Shown here: positions 57,153-64,000 of the stretch, one piece after another | Layout of the letters: each line of letters opens with the position of its first letter | How positions within the stretch are numbered: position 1 is the stretch's first letter | From: Candidatus Tayloriibacteriota bacterium | Lineage (GTDB): Bacteria; Patescibacteriota; Minisyncoccia; Phycocordibacterales; UBA6065 | Assembly: GCA_016215405.1 (NCBI GenBank) | Contig: JACRJQ010000006.1 | Location: 481-64,480 of the forward strand | Direction: 5' to 3' | Length of the DNA stretch: 64,000 nt | Position numbers and translations under genes: made by a program | The notes under the pieces: model-generated | Told to the model about the DNA's origin: nothing | Database searches by the model: none | What the model saw: the letters and a program-made list of their open reading frames with translations, nothing else

Positions 57153-59258
57153 CTAGATGGCTATAGATACCTCCCCTTGCCGCCTTTCCATTCCTGCGAC
57201 CGGGAGCGTGAAAGTAAACGTAGTGCCCTCGCCCTCTTTCGACTCGAACCATATCCTTCCGCCCCACCCCTCGACGAGCGACCTTACGAGGACGAGGCCG
57301 AGGCCGGATCCCTCGGGCACGTACTTGAGGGCATTCTCCGCTCTATAGAACTTCTCGAATATTCGGGACTTCTCGTCATCCGGTATGCCGATACCTTGGT
57401 CTTTGACCGAATATTCGATGAGGTCCCCTTTCTTGACCATAGACACCGAGATGACGCTCTGTTCAGGCGAATAGCGGATCGCGTTCGAAAGGAGGTTCTG
57501 GACCACTTGCCAGAATATCTCCTGGTCGATCGGCACCGGAGGCAGGTCCGCCGGCTCGGACGATACCACGACCTTGTGGGATTTCGCGTCGAGGTTCGCT
57601 TTGAGCGACAAAGCGACTCCATTCGTGAGGTGCTTAAGGTCGGTAGAGACCGGCTCTACCTTGAGGCGACGGGCTTCGACTCGGGCGATCTGGAGAAGGA
57701 GGCTTACGAGATTGATCATCCTATCCGTCCCTTCATAGATGCGCTCGATGAAGTGCTTCTGATCCTCTGAGAGGGCGCCCGCGTCTCCTGCGAGGAGCAT
57801 TTCGGAGAACCACCTCATCGAAGTGAGAGGGGTCCTGAGCTGGTGCGAGGCTACCGAGATGAAGCTCACGCGCGTCTCCTCGAGCTGCCTCTCCTCCCTC
57901 ACGTCCCTGAACGTGAGTATCGCTCCTCGGAGGGCGTTATCCTTGGCGTCTATGACGGGCGAGACCACGAGAGATACGGCTATCTCGACGCCTCCCTTCG
58001 TCACGACCGAGATGTCGGAAGACAGGGAGACGGGCTTCTTCTCGCGAAGGACGCGCTCCCAGAACTCGGGCTCGAGAGGCTTTTTACCCTTATGGACGAA
58101 TTTGATGCGGGCCTCGAAGTCGCCTCCGACGAGCTCGTCGGCGCCGTATCCGAGGATATTCTCCGTAACCTTGTTTATGAGCGTCACCTTCCGGTTGAGG
58201 TCGAAGGCGATGACTCCCTCGCCTATCGACGCGACGAGGAGGAGATACGTGTTCCTCTCCTGGTCGGCGATAGAGGCGAACTTATGGACCTCGTCGAGAG
58301 CGCGCTTGAGGCTCGCGGCCTGCCTTCTCTGGTTCTCTTCGGATTCCTTCGCGTCTTCGAGAAGGTTCGTGACGGCTATCTCCGCCTCCTGGAACTCCCT
58401 CGCCTTTTTTGCGAGGTCGTTGGCCCTCTCGGAAGCGACCGTCTCGAGGCCTCGTCGCGCCTTTTCGGCGTCGTCGAGGCTCTTCGCCATGGCGTTAAAC
58501 GACAGAGCGAGCTCGCCGAGCTCGTCCGACGAAGAGATGTGGACCTGCTTCGAGAAGTCGCCCAGGGCGATATCGTGCGCGGCGTCATTGAGCTTTTTTA
58601 TGGACCTAATGATCTTCGCGAGGATGAAAAAGACGAGATACGAGAACGAGAGTATGACGAAGACGAGGACCGAGACGCTTAAAGTGATGGCGAGGCGTTT
58701 GAGGCTCGCTACATCGGCGCTCTTGAGCTCCCGAGCCTCAGATTCAGCCGCTAACCTCCTATCGACGAGAGAGAGAAGCTCTTTCCGTTCCTCCTCTAGC
58801 TGGCGTTCCGCCGCCGCATATGAGGGATCTCCCGTCCTGCCCGAGCTCCTCGCTCTCGAGAGGATATCGACGAGGGAGGCAGCCTCCTCTGCCGACGCCC
58901 GTACGGCGGAGGAGAATTCGAACGATCCCGCGTTCTCGACTTGAGAGAGCGCCGCGTAAGAGCGTCCTGCTTCCCTGATCTCTTTGAAGAGGACGGCGAA
59001 CCTCTCCTTCGAATCGGAGATGGAGCTCGTCGAAACGGAGCCAGAGAGCCTTAGGGCCTCGTCTTCCATCCTGCGCGCGTAGAACTTAAGCTCCGTAAGA
59101 ATGCCGGCGCGTGGGGTGTCCACGAGGACGATCTCTTCGAACGCCTTTATGAGCTTGCTGTCTATGCGAAAGGAGACGACCCTCACCCCTACGACCAAAA
59201 ACAGCATGACCGTAAAGACGAGCGCGATCTGTGTTCTTATTGAGAGTCTGTTGGGCAT
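57153..59258 (-). CDS. Membrane sensor histidine kinase (HAMP, PAS, HisKA, HATPase)
   Basis: Two TMs, DELGELA.SFN.M HAMP, PAS, ASHQLRTPL H-box, NLLSNAIRY, D.G.GI, GSGLGL; likely start at ATG 59258. Confidence 0.93.
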   Translation of the reverse strand: MPNRLSIRTQIALVFTVMLFLVVGVRVVSFRIDSKLIKAFEEIVLVDTPRAGILTELKFYARRMEDEALRLSGSVSTSSISDSKERFAVLFKEIREAGRSYAALSQVENAGSFEFSSAVRASAEEAASLVDILSRARSSGRTGDPSYAAAERQLEEERKELLSLVDRRLAAESEARELKSADVASLKRLAITLSVSVLVFVILSFSYLVFFILAKIIRSIKKLNDAAHDIALGDFSKQVHISSSDELGELALSFNAMAKSLDDAEKARRGLETVASERANDLAKKAREFQEAEIAVTNLLEDAKESEENQRRQAASLKRALDEVHKFASIADQERNTYLLLVASIGEGVIAFDLNRKVTLINKVTENILGYGADELVGGDFEARIKFVHKGKKPLEPEFWERVLREKKPVSLSSDISVVTKGGVEIAVSLVVSPVIDAKDNALRGAILTFRDVREERQLEETRVSFISVASHQLRTPLTSMRWFSEMLLAGDAGALSEDQKHFIERIYEGTDRMINLVSLLLQIARVEARRLKVEPVSTDLKHLTNGVALSLKANLDAKSHKVVVSSEPADLPPVPIDQEIFWQVVQNLLSNAIRYSPEQSVISVSMVKKGDLIEYSVKDQGIGIPDDEKSRIFEKFYRAENALKYVPEGSGLGLVLVRSLVEGWGGRIWFESKEGEGTTFTFTLPVAGMERRQGEVSIAI

Positions 59259-59359
59259 GCGATTGGCGGCATGGCGCCGCCGAAAGGATCGCGCGGCGAG
59301 AGCCATCTGTTACCGGTTAAGTATACCGCGTATCCCCCATCGATGTTGATAACTCGGAC

Positions 59360-59812
59360 CTAACTTCCTACCTCGCGCCACTGCGTATCCTGTATCTCTC
59401 CGAAAAGGCTCGCATCGAAATATGCCTTGACCTCTATAGTCCTTACGTTCACGCCTGAATGCCCTTTCGATACGATCACCTTCGGATCTCCTGCGGCCCC
59501 GGTGCCCGCGCTCACGGTTATGCGAGCGCACGCCGTCGCAGGCGAGCATCCTCCGGCGGCGAACGGTAGGCTATAGCAGTCTTCCGAGGGGCAGCTGTAC
59601 GAATGGCTCCTCGCTATCCGCTCGAGAGCGTCCCTCGCTCCGGCTTCGGCGTATATGAGGGCGCGAGAGGCCTGATAGGAGCTTTGCGTGCTTAAGGTCT
59701 CGGACAGGCTCATGGAGGATATGCCTATGCCTATCGCCACGATAAGGACTCCGAACACGAGTATGATCGGAACGGTCGCCGCGCCTGCGTCCTTTTTTAA
59801 AAGCCTTCTCAT
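59360..59812 (-). CDS. PilX-like minor pilin
   Basis: GAAT-hydrophobic N-terminus without E5, A.IYAEAG..DAL, IVSKG. Confidence 0.75.
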   Translation of the reverse strand: MRRLLKKDAGAATVPIILVFGVLIVAIGIGISSMSLSETLSTQSSYQASRALIYAEAGARDALERIARSHSYSCPSEDCYSLPFAAGGCSPATACARITVSAGTGAAGDPKVIVSKGHSGVNVRTIEVKAYFDASLFGEIQDTQWREVGS

Positions 59813-60324
59813 CTTAGTCGGATAGCGTTCTTAAGCGTCGCCGAATAGGGCGTAGCGGCGTCGGCGTGACGGATGGCGATCTCGACCCCTATCGAAGTCG
59901 TCGTAGCGTCGAGCACGCTGTTGTAATTCTCTATCAAGGAGAAGGAAAGCGTCTCTACGACGACGAGACTGCTCGTGACGTGTTCGAAAGCAGGCGTCTC
60001 TTCCCTAAGGAGCCTGCCCGAATCGTTCGAATAGGCGACGTCTACCATTCCCGTCGCGCCCTGAGCCTGGATGAGGAGGTTGGACGAGGGGGTGCTCGTG
60101 TTGGGCGTCTCGACGGAGACCGCTCTCATGACGTCGCGCGATATCGAATCCATAGCGAACCTGACGTTCGCGTTAACCTCCGCTCTCGCCTCTGCGATCG
60201 AGCTCCCTTTTATAAGGGACGAGAACGAAGCCGCCAATACGACGCTTATAGCCGAAAGTATGCCCATGTAGATCACGAGCTCGAGGAGAGTGAATCCTTT
60301 CCGGAAATGCGCGGCCTTCGTCAT
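59809..60324 (-). CDS. Prepilin-type N-terminal cleavage/methylation protein (PilW-like)
   Basis: KGFTLLELVIYMGIL. Confidence 0.85.
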   Translation of the reverse strand: MTKAAHFRKGFTLLELVIYMGILSAISVVLAASFSSLIKGSSIAEARAEVNANVRFAMDSISRDVMRAVSVETPNTSTPSSNLLIQAQGATGMVDVAYSNDSGRLLREETPAFEHVTSSLVVVETLSFSLIENYNSVLDATTTSIGVEIAIRHADAATPYSATLKNAIRLR

Positions 60325-61604
60325 GGCGACCAGTTGATTATGATATCGTCGACCCGCGGGGAATAGCTCCCGGCGCTCACGCAGTCGTCAGAACAGATCT
60401 CGACCGCGTAGCGGAAATATCGTTTGTCGTTCACGAACGGCAGGCATGTCGACCTCTGTATGTCCGCGGCGATATCGGGACCTAGGGGATCGAACCAATC
60501 TATCGCCGAGCAGGAGTTCCCGCCGAGGAAAGACCATGACCCCGTGTCGCACGAGGGATAGTTCGTCGCTCCGTTAGAGCAGTCAGAGGCGGCGATCTGG
60601 AACCTCACCTTCCCCTCGCTCTGCCCTGGTCCGCCAAGGACCCCTTTCCAACGGATGGAGTTAAAAGTCGCTCCGTCAGAGTTCTGGGTAGAATCGAAGA
60701 CCGCCGAATAGAGGCTCCCTTTGACCGGGAATCCGCACGAGGTAGAGACGTATCTATAGGTCTCCTTCGCCTGTACGGCATAGTTGTAGATCGTGACGCC
60801 GGAGGGCGACATAGAGATGCTATGCGTATAGGTTCCGGCCGTCTCCGGGCTTATGGTCCCCTCGGGGTCTTCGTATACGATCTCGAAATACGTCGGCGTC
60901 GATACGGAAGGCATGGTAAACGTCTTCGTGGTCGAAGCGTTCGAGTCGAGCGTGAAAGAGACGGATCCTCCCCCGGTATAGACGCCTGTGGCTATGAAAT
61001 AAAGGGACTTCAAGGGATTCGTCACCCCCGATACGTTATCGCCTATGTATATGGCGAACGGAGTGGTCGTCGGCGCAGAGATCGAGGCGTGGGACGCAGC
61101 CACCAGGAGGCCGACCGTCTTCATCTGGTTTCCGGTCGCGCATTCATCCGATCCGTACCTATGCGTGGCGGACAGGCGGGCGGCGAAAGAGTATATCGTC
61201 ACCCCTGATGGGATCGCGTTGAGCGTATAGCTGTACGTTCCGGCAGACGACGGAGACATCTTGTCCGAAGGGTCCTTATAGACGACCTCGAACGGCGTCG
61301 GAACGCTCACCGCCGGGAGCGAGAACGTCTTTGCGGTCGAAGGGTCCGAATCTAGGGACAGGCCGATCGTTCCCCCTCCCGTATAGACGCCCGAGACGAC
61401 GGTAAAAACCGATTTCACCGGGTCTGCGACCGCAGAGAGATTGTCGCCGATGTAAAAGGCAAAAGGGAAATTCGTAGAGCCGGAAAGCGCCGCGTTAGAC
61501 GACCCTGAGAGGAATTCTGCCGTCTTCATGACGTCGCCCTTCGCGGGAGTCGCCATGAGAGACGCGAACAGTATCGCGGATATGATATAGGTTCTTCGCT
61601 TCAT
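60321..61604 (-). CDS. Secreted protein with two tandem ~125-aa domains and a Cys-containing C-terminal domain
   Basis: Signal peptide; repeated MKT...PFA.YIGDN.S.V..P.KS....GVYTGGG...KTF..P.VS.PT.FE.VY.DP...AGTY...PSGVTIY. Confidence 0.8.
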   Translation of the reverse strand: MKRRTYIISAILFASLMATPAKGDVMKTAEFLSGSSNAALSGSTNFPFAFYIGDNLSAVADPVKSVFTVVSGVYTGGGTIGLSLDSDPSTAKTFSLPAVSVPTPFEVVYKDPSDKMSPSSAGTYSYTLNAIPSGVTIYSFAARLSATHRYGSDECATGNQMKTVGLLVAASHASISAPTTTPFAIYIGDNVSGVTNPLKSLYFIATGVYTGGGSVSFTLDSNASTTKTFTMPSVSTPTYFEIVYEDPEGTISPETAGTYTHSISMSPSGVTIYNYAVQAKETYRYVSTSCGFPVKGSLYSAVFDSTQNSDGATFNSIRWKGVLGGPGQSEGKVRFQIAASDCSNGATNYPSCDTGSWSFLGGNSCSAIDWFDPLGPDIAADIQRSTCLPFVNDKRYFRYAVEICSDDCVSAGSYSPRVDDIIINWSP

Positions 61605-61605
61605 T

Positions 61606-62259
61606 TCATCTTACGGGTATAGAGACGGTGCCTTCGGACGTCGAGAGCCCGTAGCTCCACCTCTTACCGTCCTCGTTATAGAAGAACTGTATCGACGAGA
61701 GGGTCGCTTTGGAGAACTGGGGCTGGCCCTGTAAGGACGAAAGGGCGTCAGAAGAATCGTACCAGTCGGAGGGCAATTCGTACCCGGACGACTCGGATTC
61801 TATCTCGAGCTCGCGGATGGCCCGGTCTCTGAACACGAGGACCTCGTATCCCTTCTCTTTCTCTTTCGAGGCGAACAACACTTGCCACTCGGCTGCCGTA
61901 CCCTTCGCGGTCACGGGCCCTATCGAACGCACAAGGACGAGCCGGGCGTCCTTTGCCCAGGCCGAAGCCAACGGAAGAGCGATATCGTATCCGCCCTTAA
62001 GCGTGAGGATGGCGTCCGATAAGGTAAAAGACCTGTCTTCCCTGTCTATAGGAAGGTCTACCTCCCCTTCGACGATCTTGCGTCCCTCTCCTCTCGCGAC
62101 CTCGACGGTCGCAGGCAAGACAGGCTCCACTTCTACCTTTCGAGAGACCGTGCCTTCGTTAAAGGTGTACCTCTCTTTGGTCCAGGAGAGCGCTCCGGCG
62201 ACGAGAAGCGCGAGAATTATGACGGCGGCGAAGGCGGCTATTTTCTTTGGGTTCATCAT
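61606..62259 (-). CDS. Membrane-anchored hypothetical protein
   Basis: N-terminal TM; in operon with the pilin-like genes. Confidence 0.7.
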   Translation of the reverse strand: MMNPKKIAAFAAVIILALLVAGALSWTKERYTFNEGTVSRKVEVEPVLPATVEVARGEGRKIVEGEVDLPIDREDRSFTLSDAILTLKGGYDIALPLASAWAKDARLVLVRSIGPVTAKGTAAEWQVLFASKEKEKGYEVLVFRDRAIRELEIESESSGYELPSDWYDSSDALSSLQGQPQFSKATLSSIQFFYNEDGKRWSYGLSTSEGTVSIPVR

Positions 62260-64000
62260 GGCGTAAAGCTATAAGTGACAGTAACGTCAGACGAGAGCAC
62301 GTTAAGCGACATATTCGTCTGCGGCGTGACCGTGAGGGTGTTCGTCGAAGGATCTACCGAAAGCGACGCTACGGGATGGAGTATCCTCACGCTCCCGGAG
62401 TGAGACGTCGCGGGCATGGCATACGTCTTCGACGCCTCTCCGTTCACTTGGACCGTGACCCCGTTCGGAGCGGACCCGTTAGTCGTGTACACAGCGCGTA
62501 TCTCTACGAACGCGCTCTTTATCGTAGGCGACGTTTCCGGCATATGGACGATAAACGAGCTCGACGTCGCCGTGCCTCCGGATACCGTCCCGACGAGGCC
62601 GTCTATACCGAACCTCAACGTCTTCGCGGGAGCGAGGACGCTCGCGGTGGCGAACGACTGCATGGAGCTTATCGATTCGTTTCCGGCGGCGTCTTTCGAC
62701 CTCACGCGGTAATAATAGGTCGTGCCCGAGTCGAGGTTCGAGAGCGAGACCGAGTGCGAGGTCACGAGGCTCGCGTCGAGAGCGGTGCAGTCGCTATTGG
62801 TCGCGCAATTCGTGACGAACGACCCGGTCTTGTTGTATTGGACCTGGCTCGTGGACGGCTCGACGAGGGTGCTCCAGGTTATGGTCGCCGAGTTCGAGGC
62901 AGGGCTCCCTGACGAGATAGACGTGATCGCGGGCGCGACGGTGTCTATAGCGAAGTCGGTCTCGGTCTCGAGATTCGTCCCGACGATAGGATAAGAGACC
63001 CACGCGCTGTAGTAGTCGACGGAGTTCTTGTTGTGGCGGGTCCTCGCCTGCCAATGATATACGTTGTCTGTCGGAGAGGCCGAGACTTGCCCGACCGCAG
63101 GGCCTGGGCCAATAGCCCCCGTGCCTTCGACAGCCGACCCGCAGGCGCCTGTCCCGGAGCAGGTGAACGGCGTACCTATCGGCTTATATTCGAATTGAGG
63201 GTAGAGGGTGCCTCCAGAGACCGTAGATTGCATCGTCTGCGTGAAATAGACCGGAGTCGAGCTCGCAAGGCCGCCCGTCGCTATGGAATCTAGCGATCCG
63301 CTATCGCGGTATTGGAATACGCCGGAAGGGCTTATCGGCGTAGGATCGGCGATAGTGAACGAATACGCGTTCGAGGCGTACGCGTTAGAGGTGAGCGTGA
63401 CGTTGCCTGTCGAAGCGCTTACGGGGACCTGGGTCGCCATCGCCGTAGATGACCAGCTCGTGAATACGGTCGCATCGGCGCCAGTAAAGGCGACCTTGTT
63501 AGAGGCGCTAAACGAGAGCGGGCACACTCCTCCGTTCTGGCAGAAATGGTCTCCGCTCACGGTGACAGCGTCGCCTACGGCGGCGCCCGAAGGCGCGATA
63601 CCTGTGATCCTCGGCAATATCCTGAGGGTGTTCGCGTACGTCGCCGTCTTGCTGTTCGCCCCCGTGCCCTGCTGCATCGAGATCGATCCGGTATACGTGT
63701 TATCCCCGATAACCGTCGGCACCCGCACGGCTATGGCCGTGCTCGTCCACGAGTTTATAGTCGCGCTTCCCGTAGGCGAAGAGCACGTCGACGAATCGCA
63801 GCCGAGGATCCTGACATATCCCGTACCCTGGCTCGATCCGAGCCTCGTGCCGTTGAGGGTGAGCGCTCCGTCGCTGTCGCCTGCGGCGTATTCGCGAGCC
63901 GTATCCGCGGCGAGGCCCGCAGGCTGCGTCATCGAGGTTATCTGCGGAAAGAGATAGAAGTTTACGCCGGACGACTCTACGCTCCCGGCCGCGACCGTAA
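62256..64000 (-). CDS. Large surface protein (5' end beyond window) with IPT/TIG-like and fibronectin type III domains
   Basis: The frame stays open past 63932 to the window edge; P.IT.I.P.....GD.VTVSG..F, SW..T.I...VP, H.V.L.NL..GTTYYYRVRS.D.AGN. Confidence 0.85.
   Translation of the reverse strand, partial: TVAAGSVESSGVNFYLFPQITSMTQPAGLAADTAREYAAGDSDGALTLNGTRLGSSQGTGYVRILGCDSSTCSSPTGSATINSWTSTAIAVRVPTVIGDNTYTGSISMQQGTGANSKTATYANTLRILPRITGIAPSGAAVGDAVTVSGDHFCQNGGVCPLSFSASNKVAFTGADATVFTSWSSTAMATQVPVSASTGNVTLTSNAYASNAYSFTIADPTPISPSGVFQYRDSGSLDSIATGGLASSTPVYFTQTMQSTVSGGTLYPQFEYKPIGTPFTCSGTGACGSAVEGTGAIGPGPAVGQVSASPTDNVYHWQARTRHNKNSVDYYSAWVSYPIVGTNLETETDFAIDTVAPAITSISSGSPASNSATITWSTLVEPSTSQVQYNKTGSFVTNCATNSDCTALDASLVTSHSVSLSNLDSGTTYYYRVRSKDAAGNESISSMQSFATASVLAPAKTLRFGIDGLVGTVSGGTATSSSFIVHMPETSPTIKSAFVEIRAVYTTNGSAPNGVTVQVNGEASKTYAMPATSHSGSVRILHPVASLSVDPSTNTLTVTPQTNMSLNVLSSDVTVTYSFTP

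Noticed and set aside
7769-58944. Many long opposite-strand ORFs (e.g. 7769..9103, 11860..13242, 43036..44073, 57823..58944)
   Set aside because: They overlap well-supported genes in antisense or alternate frames, as expected in high-GC DNA, and carry no recognisable motifs

Overview
GC-rich bacterial chromosome segment. Gene content and protein styles point to a Patescibacteria/CPR (Parcubacteria-like) genome; this is an inference, not a database result. Housekeeping genes dominate: rplU, rmuC, the mraZ-rsmH-ftsL-ftsI-murF division cluster, lysS, greA, mreB-mreC-mreD-like-mrdA, proS, rseP, frr, holB, a second mreB, an HTH-murA fusion, priA-def-fmt and hpf. Accessory content includes a CsoR-regulated copper operon, pilin-like genes, several large repeat-rich surface proteins, an orphan substrate-binding protein paired with a kinase-less HAMP sensor, and a histidine kinase followed by three stand-alone receivers. 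The most striking unexplained structure is at 15748-16350. A promoter is followed by a 5' fragment of tRNA-Glu, a structured 49-bp element, an intact tRNA-Glu(CTC), a terminator, an identical second 49-bp element, a 3' tRNA fragment starting in the T-loop, and a perfect 32-bp palindrome. A giant (>1330 aa) HTH-transmembrane-repeat protein runs off the left edge and is missing from the ORF track.
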